Below are positions 7,533 to 16,827 of a stretch of DNA of 49,666 bases, piece after piece. Source of the stretch: a virus; the IMG/VR virus record IMGVR_UViG_3300009515_000002, positions 1 to 49,666 of that record. One strand, given 5' to 3'. Numbering within the stretch: the first letter of the stretch is position 1; each line of letters starts with the position of its first letter. A program made the position numbers and the translations under genes. The notes under the pieces were generated by a model that was not told the DNA's origin, did not search any database, and saw only the letters and a program-made list of their open reading frames with translations.

Positions 7533-9520
7533 TGGCGCTGCAGCGAACCATTAACCCGACTCTTAACGGTCCTGCTGTTAACTTGGGGGATGCGTCTGTC
7601 AAAGAGCGTCATATTCTCATTCAAGCAGGCTCATACACAACGCCATTTTTCCTGAAGGTGTATCCTTCGCAACAGTTCACGCAAGTCTTTTCGCTTCCAT
7701 TCAGGGTTCAAGTTGCAGCGTCTAGCATTCAGATCCTGGGTACTGTTCCAAACGTTGGACGGGACATGACGTTGGAATGGAATGTTCTCAGTGCGAATCT
7801 TGTAGGACAAGCACAACGGCCAAATCTGTCATCCATCTCTCGTTTCTTGGATGCTGAGTACACGTCGATCAAAGCGTCAAACGAGGTCGTGATTGATCCT
7901 GGTGGTGGTGGTGATTTTCTAACGTGGGAAGCATGGAAAACTGCCGCACCAGCATCCTGGAATCGGCCAGTTTGTGTAACGTTCAAGAAGGGTGTTTTCC
8001 ACACGCTACCGTCTGGTCCTGCGGAGGGACGTATTTACCCAGGTGACGTACCTGGCACAGGCAAGGTCATCATTACTACTGACGGCACGTTACCGACACA
8101 GTCTGCTTTTTCATCAGACCTGAGTGTCAAACCTTCTACATCAAGCAGAATCTACCCTTCTCAAATTGGTGAATGTGCGTGGTTTGAAACGCCAAACTCA
8201 ACAAATCACACCATCTTCGGTCTTCGTGATAATGACCGTGACATCTGGTTCCGAGGGATATATAGTTTTCAAAATCAGGCCGTAGCAAACAGTCGTGGAT
8301 TCTGGAACTCAGCTACACCATCAAGCTCCGCTGGATTTATGACAGATGTCCAGTGGGATCGGTGTATGTTCAATGGTGGTAACATCAACCGGAATCTTGA
8401 GCTACGAAAGTCTGGCGCTTTCAACGGTCGGCGTATTGGGATGTTCGACTGCTACATTCACAACCTCAATGCCGGTCCGCAGTCTACGGCAGTTTCTAAT
8501 GCTACGTTCGGTCAAGCAGTACAAGAATGGGTAGTCTGGAACTCGCACCTTGAAGCAATGGGTGCTAGCTGCTACGTAGACTCTGGAATAACATTGCCAG
8601 CGTCTGACATGCTTGCTCGAGACGGAGCGATCGCGTACTGCCATATGTACAGACCGCTCAGTTGGCATACGTCACCACCATCCGACTATCGTCCGAAGAC
8701 TTTCTACGAGCCTACTTGTGGTGATCGTTTGATGCTTTACCGAACGTTGATGGAGAACGGTCTCCAGTCCATCGACGGTCAGCCTGGCATCAACATGAAA
8801 AACAAGTACGGGATTGGTGATCCTACGCCAGGTTCGCCGCATGCACTTGGAGAAGGTTTCCACAGTTACGATCTTATTGTCCAAGAGTGTTGGATGCGTA
8901 ATCACCGAGAGCCAACTAGCCTGGCAGGACGAGGATATTGCGCACGATGGTCAATCAAAGATCTCGTCTGCGAAAAACTTGGACGGAACGCTACAGGTGC
9001 AGGTACTGCTAACTACTTCATCACTGTTGTCCGTGGTCCTAACGATGTCACCGGCATTACTAGCCCGGAGAATCTGTATCGAGAAGGCATCATCTATGCA
9101 GACGCCGACTTGAATTGGGCACATCATTACTCTGGCGTCTCTTCGCCCATGGTGGCTTCTGTTTTCAAGAACTCGATTGTACCACAGTCAACGTGGGGAC
9201 CGTACTCTACGTCACTCGGTGGTGATGGTGCAGTTGGAGACAAGATTGACAGCGCTCATGACGGTCGTGGTAACATCTTCATCAGTGAAAATCCAAACTT
9301 CTTTGACGACGTTCCTGGCATGTTCAGCAGCTGCACATTTCCTGCTAACGAAGTTGGATTGTATGCTGACGCGTCAACAGGGGATTACCGTATCAGTCCT
9401 GCGCACGCTTCTGCAGGCACTGGTGTTGATGGATATGCCGATCCGGGTGGAGCTGCAAATGTAATTGCAGCGATTGGCCTGCGCGGTGCAAATGTACGTA
9501 GCCTAGAGGTGACTCCATGA
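7532..9520 (+). CDS. Putative tailspike/depolymerase (possible right-handed beta-helix)
   Basis: 662 aa in the fibre cassette. The segment VVIDPGGGGDFLTWEAWKTA resembles the start of pectin-lyase-fold enzymes. The fold is not verifiable by eye. Confidence 0.35.
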   Translation: MALQRTINPTLNGPAVNLGDASVKERHILIQAGSYTTPFFLKVYPSQQFTQVFSLPFRVQVAASSIQILGTVPNVGRDMTLEWNVLSANLVGQAQRPNLSSISRFLDAEYTSIKASNEVVIDPGGGGDFLTWEAWKTAAPASWNRPVCVTFKKGVFHTLPSGPAEGRIYPGDVPGTGKVIITTDGTLPTQSAFSSDLSVKPSTSSRIYPSQIGECAWFETPNSTNHTIFGLRDNDRDIWFRGIYSFQNQAVANSRGFWNSATPSSSAGFMTDVQWDRCMFNGGNINRNLELRKSGAFNGRRIGMFDCYIHNLNAGPQSTAVSNATFGQAVQEWVVWNSHLEAMGASCYVDSGITLPASDMLARDGAIAYCHMYRPLSWHTSPPSDYRPKTFYEPTCGDRLMLYRTLMENGLQSIDGQPGINMKNKYGIGDPTPGSPHALGEGFHSYDLIVQECWMRNHREPTSLAGRGYCARWSIKDLVCEKLGRNATGAGTANYFITVVRGPNDVTGITSPENLYREGIIYADADLNWAHHYSGVSSPMVASVFKNSIVPQSTWGPYSTSLGGDGAVGDKIDSAHDGRGNIFISENPNFFDDVPGMFSSCTFPANEVGLYADASTGDYRISPAHASAGTGVDGYADPGGAANVIAAIGLRGANVRSLEVTP

Positions 9521-10326
9521 GTAAACTTGCTGGTGGCAATTACTTTGAGCTGGCTGGAGGGATTGGGGGAATTGGACTTACCCCTAATGCTACAGCTGAT
9601 ACAAAAGGAAGTTACAGTGAACTGGCGTCGTCAACAGCGCAGGATTGGGGTGGATTTCATATTACAATATCCCGACGACCAAACTCTGGAAACTTCGAGT
9701 ACTTGTTTGACGTTGCTGTGGGTGCAGCCGCGTCAGAAGTTAACATTGTCTCTAATCTTCGCTTTTCGGGACTTGGTTCGTCGTCAGCAGATACAGGCTG
9801 GAGTATGTGGTGTCCAATCCCAATTCCAGCTGGTACTAGAATCTCTGCTCGGTGCCAGTGTGGATCTGCCTCAGGCTCGAACATTCATATAAACGTCACA
9901 GGCTATGGCCCACATCCAGACATTCCACAAGCAGGCTCAGCCACTGTCTATGGGTCTAACGCAAGTACGACGATGGGTGATTGTGTACTGGCTGCCAGTG
10001 GTGGAAGCAAAGGCTCTTGGTCACAGATTGTAGCGTCTACAACCAATGACATGGGCATTCTTTACGTACACTTTGGCGGAGCTGACGATTCTGCATTCGC
10101 TACACAGTGGGGAGCCTTTGATATTGGCATAGGTGCTAATCCAAATGAAGTAGTACTGATTCCAGATATCACGTGCCAACATAACGTCGGTGAGCAAGCT
10201 ACTACATTGCACGGACCGTACTTTGTAAATGTTCCTTCTGGTGTACGGCTTAGTGCTAGAACGTGGAGCCAGTCAGGTTCAATGGATTCAGTAGACGTCA
10301 CTGTCATCGGATTCAGTCGGGGATAA
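9517..10326 (+). CDS. Tail fibre/receptor-binding candidate with an internal domain duplication
   Basis: 269 aa. Its two halves share KGS(Y/W)S...FD(V/I)..GA...EV......P.G.R(I/L)SAR......S..(I/V).(I/V)TV.G(Y/F). Confidence 0.45.
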   Translation: MSKLAGGNYFELAGGIGGIGLTPNATADTKGSYSELASSTAQDWGGFHITISRRPNSGNFEYLFDVAVGAAASEVNIVSNLRFSGLGSSSADTGWSMWCPIPIPAGTRISARCQCGSASGSNIHINVTGYGPHPDIPQAGSATVYGSNASTTMGDCVLAASGGSKGSWSQIVASTTNDMGILYVHFGGADDSAFATQWGAFDIGIGANPNEVVLIPDITCQHNVGEQATTLHGPYFVNVPSGVRLSARTWSQSGSMDSVDVTVIGFSRG

Positions 10327-10328
10327 TA

Positions 10329-10664
10329 ATGGCAATCACAGAAGAAAACTCTGGGACACAGACGGCAGTAATCAGCACGAAGTACACAGTGCCTGGATCT
10401 GCAATTACAGCAGACGGAGCTTACGCATTCGCTATTGACGTGTCCAACATGGTGAACTCTGACGTTCTGAAGATAACCAAGTTGCGGCAGGTTGAGTCTA
10501 CCAGTGGCATAGTTGAAGAAACTGTGGCAATTCTGTCTCATGCTCAAGCAAATGGGATTTTTGAAACTGAGCCCGAGCCGTCTTTTTATAGTCTTCAGTA
10601 CTCGTTTACACAAACTGCTGGCACTGGGCGTTTGTTTGAATGGTCAATCGCTAAAGCATCATGA
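10329..10664 (+). CDS. Hypothetical protein (start trimmed to the ATG at 10329)
   Basis: 111 aa. The ATG follows GGGGA and the stop of the previous gene. The longer 10263 start would overlap the upstream gene by 64 nt. Confidence 0.45.
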   Translation: MAITEENSGTQTAVISTKYTVPGSAITADGAYAFAIDVSNMVNSDVLKITKLRQVESTSGIVEETVAILSHAQANGIFETEPEPSFYSLQYSFTQTAGTGRLFEWSIAKAS

Positions 10665-11008
10665 AGAATAGCTGGTATCTATATTCTGGTGGAGTATCTA
10701 TCGTAGGTAAAGATATTCCCATGAATTGGGATACAGACGGTGTCGTTGGAAAAGACATCGAACAACAGTGGAATGTCTTGTCAGGAACCGGTGTCAGTGC
10801 TGTGCTGGATTGGCATGTACTGGAAACTGTTGGTCGTAACATTCCAATGAACTTCAACGTAGCTGGTGCTGTTGGAAAAGACATCCCGATGGAGTGGGAT
10901 ATTATCAAAATCATTGGGACTAACGTTACTCTGCAATGGAACACAGGAGATATCATTGGTCTGGATCGACAAAAGTACATCGTTCTTTTGGACACCATCC
11001 CTAGCTAG
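10661..11008 (+). CDS. Hypothetical repeat protein (7 x ~14-aa VGKDIPMxWD-type repeats)
   Basis: 115 aa, ATGA coupling. Repeats: GKDIPMNWD, GKDIEQQWN, GVSAVLDWH, GRNIPMNFN, GKDIPMEWD, GTNVTLQWN, GLDRQKY. Confidence 0.5.
   Translation: MKNSWYLYSGGVSIVGKDIPMNWDTDGVVGKDIEQQWNVLSGTGVSAVLDWHVLETVGRNIPMNFNVAGAVGKDIPMEWDIIKIIGTNVTLQWNTGDIIGLDRQKYIVLLDTIPS
10700..10975 (+). repeat. Coding 42-bp-period repeat (7 units)
   Basis: 14-aa periodicity with a conserved G..(I/V)....W/F, counted in the translation. Confidence 0.7.
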
Positions 11009-11017
11009 GAGCTAAAC

Positions 11018-11308
11018 ATGCCATCTGCGGCTGATCAAACGATCACCCATTTTGGGGGGATCAATCTCAAAACGTTTCCAGTGGCTGGCGCAGCTGCGGG
11101 GAACCTTACGGTTACTGGGATTACTACGGATGACAGACTTGTCTCTGTCGTTGGGTTCATTCTCGTTGAAGGTGCGCCGAACACGCTCACTATTCTCGAC
11201 CTCACCAGTGAGTTTACAATCACTGCGGCTAACACAATTAACAACACTGGTGGGACTGCATCCACTGCAGGTATGCTCTTCGTGACGTATCTCGATAAGG
11301 ATGCCTGA
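11018..11308 (+). CDS. Hypothetical protein
   Basis: 96 aa, SD AGGAG, Thr/Gly-rich. Confidence 0.45.
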   Translation: MPSAADQTITHFGGINLKTFPVAGAAAGNLTVTGITTDDRLVSVVGFILVEGAPNTLTILDLTSEFTITAANTINNTGGTASTAGMLFVTYLDKDA

Positions 11309-11567
11309 GCATATGCTTGAGCTGAAGTTGTTACTCCTGGCTACACCTGCGCTCTTTGTCGTAGCTGGCACTTCAGCCTTGTACGCAGCGATGCAAGACG
11401 GAGGCGTTGTAATTAAAGACGATGCTTTAATCCCCCTCGGATTGGCTGTCATCGTATTGTGTGCGGCTGTAGCTGCTGCTTGGAAACTATCTCAGTACGC
11501 GGCTAAGTGGGATGCACGCCTTGCAGCTGTAGAAAAAGAGCTGCAAAAACAAACTAGTAAAGGATAG
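11301..11567 (+). CDS. Small membrane protein with two TM helices and a charged coiled C-tail (holin-like candidate)
   Basis: 88 aa. LELKLLLLATPALFVVAGTSALYAA and LIPLGLAVIVLCAAVAAAW, then KWDARLAAVEKELQKQTSKG. Confidence 0.45.
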   Translation: MPEHMLELKLLLLATPALFVVAGTSALYAAMQDGGVVIKDDALIPLGLAVIVLCAAVAAAWKLSQYAAKWDARLAAVEKELQKQTSKG

Positions 11568-11572
11568 TAACA

Positions 11573-11851
11573 ATGCCACACACAGAGACGACTCTGATGT
11601 TGCATTCGACCAAAGATGGTCCGTGGGTTGCGGTCAAGCGTTTGGTCAAGATCGTCGTACGAGGAGCTACTACGAACGATATTCTAGAGCTCAGATTCAA
11701 AGACCACGATCTGGCATACGATCCGGAGCCAATGCGGACTAGAGGCAATGGCGTGTTTCATCTGAACTTTCCGCGAGGAAAGGTACAGGTTACTCGTATT
11801 GCTGGTTCACAAGCGGTTACTGTCTTTGGACACTGTAAGGAGTACATCTAG
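11573..11851 (+). CDS. Hypothetical protein
   Basis: 92 aa, SD AAGGA. Confidence 0.45.
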   Translation: MPHTETTLMLHSTKDGPWVAVKRLVKIVVRGATTNDILELRFKDHDLAYDPEPMRTRGNGVFHLNFPRGKVQVTRIAGSQAVTVFGHCKEYI

Positions 11852-11853
11852 TC

Positions 11854-12219
11854 ATGGGATTGAAGCCATTCGGTGACACCGTTTTTGGGGAGGTGATCGA
11901 ACATCGCGGCAATGAAATGCTGCTGGGCGATCTACACAACGCAGTTAGTACTTTTGATGGTGGCGCTAACGCTCATATTTTTGAGCGCGAGGCGAGGGCA
12001 CTCGCAGCGGTGCTTGAAGCACCAGAAAAGCAGTTGTACCAAATGCGGGTAAGAGAGTTAGGACCTGACTGCAAGGAAGACCTGCAAGTCGGAGACATCG
12101 CGATCCTACCACCGTTGTCAGGGACTATGCTGACTATCGTGGACGAGGAGACAGACGAATACATGCGTATCTTTGCAATCAGTGAATCCTTGATCCTCGC
12201 TGGATATCGAGAGGACTAA
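11854..12219 (+). CDS. Second, divergent GroES-fold-like protein
   Basis: 121 aa. LKPFGDTVFGEVIE at the N-terminus and LQVGDIAILPPLSGTMLTI..ETDEYMRIFAISESLILAGY at the C-terminus mirror the GroES termini, with an inserted middle segment. Confidence 0.4.
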   Translation: MGLKPFGDTVFGEVIEHRGNEMLLGDLHNAVSTFDGGANAHIFEREARALAAVLEAPEKQLYQMRVRELGPDCKEDLQVGDIAILPPLSGTMLTIVDEETDEYMRIFAISESLILAGYRED

Positions 12220-12222
12220 CAG

Positions 12223-14121
12223 ATGCCAGCACAGGACGTTCCAGATCTGAGTATCAGTAAAGAGAAGCTAGAGGAAATCAACCTCTGGCTGTACGATCAG
12301 ATCACACATACGAAACAGGACATGGATCCTGTTATTGACCTCTGGCAAGAGATCAACAAGCTGTACGAACAGACGGAACTACCTGCCAAAAAGGACTTTC
12401 CGTTTGAGGGTGCTGCGTATCTGATGATCCCAATCATGCCTACCATCGTTGAGATGATGAAGAGCATGCTAGGGAACACGTTGTGGGCACCTGCAGATCC
12501 CTTCACACCAAGACTAACTCGGAAGGATCTGAAGGATTTCCTCAAGCCGATGCGGAAGTTTATGACGTGGGCTACGCACAACGAGTTGATGCTCCCAGAG
12601 TTGATGGAGAGTGTGTGGCTCGAGATGCTCAAGCTAGGGACGTGTGTGGTCTACTGCGGATACGAACAGAAAGACGCAAGACGGTTTGAATACGACGAGG
12701 CAACTGGCTTCCAGGAGATCATTGAGCGTGTTGTAGATCGGCCTGATGTGATGCATATCTCCAACGGTGATTTTTTGATGCCGCTCGAAACCAGACGTAC
12801 TGCCGATGCTCGTTGGAAGGCGCATCGAGTGCGGCTTGATTGGCACGAAGTGAAACGGCGTGAGCGTGCAGGGATCTATAAGAACGTTGATCGAATCGAG
12901 GCATGGGTCGAGAAACGGCAGACAGAGTACGAGGATGATCGAGAGGATCAGACTGACGCACGTCCTACTTTCATGGACGAGTGGGAAGTCTGGGAGATCT
13001 GGTTTGAGTACGATGTCAAAGAAGACGGCACGGCGGACAAGCTGGTTTGGAGTTATCATCTAGACTCCAGGACAGCCCTTCGCTATCAGTACAACTGGTT
13101 CCCAGCACAGCTTGACCCGTATGAGTTTGAGGTCTTCGAGGAGCGTGAGCACAAAGTACATGGGACTGGTATCGGACATATCGCGAAGCCGTACCAGCTC
13201 GAGATCAGTACCATGCACAATCAGCGTCTCGACAACCACACGATCGCCAACTCTACGATCTTCAAACGCAAGAACGATGCACTAGGACCGAACGATATTA
13301 CACTGAGGATGGGCTCGTCAATCGGTGTGGATGAGATGGATCATCTGGAAGTCTTGAACATGGGTCAGCGGTTTGACTCAGGCATCCAAGACGAGCAGCA
13401 TTCCCTGGGCTTGCTTTACCAGCGTGTGGGAATGCAAGACTTTACTGGTCAGCAGGCGCTCATGGACGCGCAGGCAACCACCGCCATCGCACAAATCGCG
13501 GAGGCGAAAAAGCGGTTCGACGCAACGATCAGACGACAACGCAAGTTCCTTGGCCGCATCATGACCAAGTGCATGCTACTGTATCAGAAGTACTATCCGG
13601 AAGGAAAGACCGTTCCGTTGCTGGGAGAGGATGCGCAGTTCACTGAGATCGCGCTGGAGTTCCCAGATGAGTGGTTCATCAACGGCATCGGCATTGACGT
13701 CACTGCCACCACGAGCGCCACGAGCAAAGAGCTAGAGCGACAGAACAAACTCAGTCTCTTTGGTCTGGTGACACAGTACTTTGGACAACTTACTAGCTAC
13801 ATTATGCAGGCCGAGAATCCAGAACTTCCGGTCACTGTGCGCTTGGCTCTGCTTCGTATCGTCGATGGGCTTACTACGCTTGTCGAGGACATTCTGGAGG
13901 ACTACGACCTACGCTACTCCAGTGACCTTGCCATCAGCATGGACGAAATACGTGCAGCGGCTGAGGCGGCAAGAGCGAGTATTGATGGTCAAGAAGTTGC
14001 AGGAGTCCCCTCCGAAGGGTTGGCAAATCGTCGTGCACTTGCAGGTGGATCTCCTGCAGGAGGCGGACAACCAGATCAAAACGGGCAACCTGCGGGGCAG
14101 GGAGCTGGAATTGGCGGTTGA
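12223..14121 (+). CDS. Portal protein
   Basis: 632 aa, immediately upstream of the scaffold/capsid genes. Size and position are typical, with a Gly/Gln-rich low-complexity C-tail. No motif was checked against a profile. Confidence 0.65.
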   Translation: MPAQDVPDLSISKEKLEEINLWLYDQITHTKQDMDPVIDLWQEINKLYEQTELPAKKDFPFEGAAYLMIPIMPTIVEMMKSMLGNTLWAPADPFTPRLTRKDLKDFLKPMRKFMTWATHNELMLPELMESVWLEMLKLGTCVVYCGYEQKDARRFEYDEATGFQEIIERVVDRPDVMHISNGDFLMPLETRRTADARWKAHRVRLDWHEVKRRERAGIYKNVDRIEAWVEKRQTEYEDDREDQTDARPTFMDEWEVWEIWFEYDVKEDGTADKLVWSYHLDSRTALRYQYNWFPAQLDPYEFEVFEEREHKVHGTGIGHIAKPYQLEISTMHNQRLDNHTIANSTIFKRKNDALGPNDITLRMGSSIGVDEMDHLEVLNMGQRFDSGIQDEQHSLGLLYQRVGMQDFTGQQALMDAQATTAIAQIAEAKKRFDATIRRQRKFLGRIMTKCMLLYQKYYPEGKTVPLLGEDAQFTEIALEFPDEWFINGIGIDVTATTSATSKELERQNKLSLFGLVTQYFGQLTSYIMQAENPELPVTVRLALLRIVDGLTTLVEDILEDYDLRYSSDLAISMDEIRAAAEAARASIDGQEVAGVPSEGLANRRALAGGSPAGGGQPDQNGQPAGQGAGIGG

Positions 14122-14186
14122 GCGGTACAAGGCTATTCGTGACGTGGTAAAGATACCACAGTATATCATCAACCAGGAGCAGGATC

Positions 14187-14924
14187 GTGGCGACAATTCG
14201 TGAATCTGATTTGCCTCCAATCGAGGACGATGGCAAGGCTAGTCAGGGCCAGGAAGGACCTGGCGAGAGAGAGAAGGAGCCTGTGGTGGAAGCACCGCCA
14301 CTTGAAGCCTCTCCGTTTGTAGGAACTGGAATCCCAGAGCTTGAAGGCAAGACTGCAGCTGAGGCTGCTGCCCTTTACGGACAGCTTAAACAAACTGCAA
14401 CAGGTCTGCTGAGCGTCGTCCAACAGGGACGACAACCTGCACCAGCACCACCACCTGAGCCTGAGCCTGTGAAGTTTACAGGAGAGGATTTCGAGGAGGG
14501 CAAGGAGGAACAGTTGCAGGAAAAGATGGGTCGGTACTTCGAGACAAAGGCTGCACCGTTCGTTGAGGAGCAGTACCGAAATCTCGCAACTCTGCAATAC
14601 CAAACTGCGATGAAAGATCCAATCATTGCACAGTACCCAGAGGAAGCGCGCCAAATGTTCTCGCAGCGATCGGTCCGTGATGTGGCTAACCCTGCAACGA
14701 CGCAGCAGATCAGTGACCAGCTACGTAGGATACATCACGCTGAACTCGTGGCTGCAGAGATGGCAAAGAAAGAGAAGCCCAAGGTTCCACATCAAGAGCG
14801 TGTGTCAGGTCAGACTGAGGATGACATGCCACAGATGACTGCGCTTGAGAAGGAAATCTGGGTAGGACTTGGCGCAGACCCAAAAAGGGCTCTGGCTATC
14901 AAGAAGCAGATGCAGGGGCGATAG
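14187..14924 (+). CDS. Scaffolding protein candidate
   Basis: 245 aa, acidic, Glu/Pro/Ala/Gln-rich, predicted helical, between portal and capsid. GTG start after AGGAG. Confidence 0.55.
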   Translation: MATIRESDLPPIEDDGKASQGQEGPGEREKEPVVEAPPLEASPFVGTGIPELEGKTAAEAAALYGQLKQTATGLLSVVQQGRQPAPAPPPEPEPVKFTGEDFEEGKEEQLQEKMGRYFETKAAPFVEEQYRNLATLQYQTAMKDPIIAQYPEEARQMFSQRSVRDVANPATTQQISDQLRRIHHAELVAAEMAKKEKPKVPHQERVSGQTEDDMPQMTALEKEIWVGLGADPKRALAIKKQMQGR

Positions 14925-14927
14925 ATC

Positions 14928-15458
14928 ATGGGTGCTTTTGATAAGGAACACGCGGAGAAGGCAGCAGCAGCAGCGATCGTTGGCCCTGGCGTAGAAGAGG
15001 CCAGAGAAGAATTGTCTGCGGAAGAGGAGCAGTCGAAAAAGAAGTTGTTGATTCAGCATCTACACATGGCTTCTCTCGCAACACCTTTTACTCGGAGGCT
15101 TCGAGTAACAGATAAAGAAGAAGGCTTCCATTATCGGTGGGTAAGGGATGACCCTGACGCTATCGACCGTAGGACCGAGATGGGATTCAATCTCGTCACG
15201 GATGAAACCGAGAAGGCTCGGGGTGGGGAAGAGGCTGACAAGATTGACAACGTGCGGCGAGCTGCTGGACGGTACGTCTTGATGCGTCAGCCCCAGGAGA
15301 TTCACGAGGCGTATGTGGAGTTGCAGAAGGAGAAGGCTGCTAAAGCAGTCCATGGTCCTCGGGAGATCTTCAAAACCATCGCTGCCCGCAGCGGTGTTGA
15401 GACGGAAGATCATACACGCATTTCCAGGGGTGCCCCTGGACCTGCTGCAACGGAGTAG
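14928..15458 (+). CDS. Hypothetical head-assembly protein
   Basis: 176 aa, charged. Position between scaffold and decoration/capsid genes. Confidence 0.4.
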   Translation: MGAFDKEHAEKAAAAAIVGPGVEEAREELSAEEEQSKKKLLIQHLHMASLATPFTRRLRVTDKEEGFHYRWVRDDPDAIDRRTEMGFNLVTDETEKARGGEEADKIDNVRRAAGRYVLMRQPQEIHEAYVELQKEKAAKAVHGPREIFKTIAARSGVETEDHTRISRGAPGPAATE

Positions 15459-15461
15459 AAC

Positions 15462-15905
15462 ATGGCTAAACTAAGACCATGGCCAGCTCGTTGGGGCACT
15501 GGTTCGCGTCCTTTTACTAAGCGGTATCCATTGAAGGCTGGAGAAACCTTCAAAGCGGGTGACATCGTTGCCCTGGATGCTAACGAGGATGTGGCCGAAG
15601 TCACAAGTGCTGACCAAACACCAATTCTTGGCTTCGCAGCTGAGAATGCAGCCGATGTAGTTGAATCGGGATATGTGACGGTGTGGGTCGCTGACGAAGG
15701 AACGGTGTTCGCCATGCAAGGCGACAACGCACCTGTCAAGGCTGACATCAACCAGTCCTACGGCTACATCGAAGACGGTGACGGTGTGTATACTGTTGAT
15801 GGAACGGACACGACTAACGTCGTTCTGTACGTCGATGGTATTGACACCAACCGCGAACTTTACTTCTGTAAGGTTCTTGTCGCCGATCGCCAATACGCCG
15901 GATAA
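15462..15905 (+). CDS. Head decoration-like protein
   Basis: 147 aa, directly upstream of the major capsid gene. The beta-rich G..V.L......V pattern resembles DUF2190/gpD-type decoration proteins. Confidence 0.4.
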   Translation: MAKLRPWPARWGTGSRPFTKRYPLKAGETFKAGDIVALDANEDVAEVTSADQTPILGFAAENAADVVESGYVTVWVADEGTVFAMQGDNAPVKADINQSYGYIEDGDGVYTVDGTDTTNVVLYVDGIDTNRELYFCKVLVADRQYAG

Positions 15906-15918
15906 GGGAGACTGACTA

Positions 15919-16827
15919 ATGCCAGCTACTAGAGGCCAATTCAGTCCCCTCCTTGCTCCGGGGCTAAACGACATCTTCTTCACGCAGCTCAGAAAGCATG
16001 CTCGTAAGACAGAGCACACTCTCTGGTGCAACGTGATGAGATCGTCACGAGCCTACGAAGAAGAGTACAAGGTTGCCGGACTGGGCCAAGTGATTCAAAA
16101 GGGTGAAGGCGAAGTGTACACGTACGACACGCCACTCAGTGGTGCTGTTATTCGGTATACTCACTTGACGTATGCCCTAGCCTTCCGCATCACCCGTGAG
16201 ATGTTGGAAGATGACCTCTACGGGGTCATGAACAAGATGTCCAGCGAGCTTGCGAAGAGCGCTGCATACAACAAGGATGTGCAGGCTACGAGCATTCTCA
16301 ACAACGCTTTTAACAACGCGTACACCGGGTTTGACGGGCTCGAGCTCTGCTCGGATGTTCACGTGAACCTCGGCGGCGGGACTCAGGCGAACAAGGCTGC
16401 GACAGACGTAGACCTTGACCTGCCTGCGCTCCAGGCGGCTGTTGAGACGTTCGAGAGCTGGACTGATGATCGTGGATTCAAGCTGGATTATGCAGGGAAG
16501 ATGCTTCTGCATAACGTGGGTGACATCTGGACGTCCGGTGAAATCCTCGGGTCGGAGTTCATTCCGACTTCGGCTGACAACGCGATCAACGTTATCAAGA
16601 CGAAGTACAACATCACGCCACATCTGCTCAAGCATCTGACTGACGCTGACGCCTGGTTCCTCGTGGGGGACAAGAGCGATCACGACATGAAGATGTGGCT
16701 GCGTGTCGATGACGAGTTTGACAACGACGATGATCCTAACAACGGTGATGCGATCTTCAGCACGCGCCATCGCCTCAGCACTGGTCATGGTGACTGGCGC
16801 GGGATCTACGGTTCAAGCGGTAACTAA
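15919..16827 (+). CDS. Major capsid protein (HK97-fold type presumed)
   Basis: 302 aa, strong SD AAGGGAG. Position after scaffold/decoration, typical size, followed by a small stem-loop. Confidence 0.7.
   Translation: MPATRGQFSPLLAPGLNDIFFTQLRKHARKTEHTLWCNVMRSSRAYEEEYKVAGLGQVIQKGEGEVYTYDTPLSGAVIRYTHLTYALAFRITREMLEDDLYGVMNKMSSELAKSAAYNKDVQATSILNNAFNNAYTGFDGLELCSDVHVNLGGGTQANKAATDVDLDLPALQAAVETFESWTDDRGFKLDYAGKMLLHNVGDIWTSGEILGSEFIPTSADNAINVIKTKYNITPHLLKHLTDADAWFLVGDKSDHDMKMWLRVDDEFDNDDDPNNGDAIFSTRHRLSTGHGDWRGIYGSSGN

Noticed and set aside
10062-10613. Long antisense ORFs in the track (for example 10062-10613, 15471-16031, 16177-16788, 30163-30918, 32940-33515, 37055-37771, 38330-38920)
   Set aside because: Each lies entirely opposite to, or out of frame within, a better-supported gene that has an SD, coupling and recognisable motifs. 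These are typical shadow ORFs of moderately GC-rich coding DNA.
4174-11008. Diversity-generating retroelement targeting the fibre genes
   Set aside because: No reverse transcriptase ORF and no template/variable repeat pair with A-specific differences was seen anywhere in the window.
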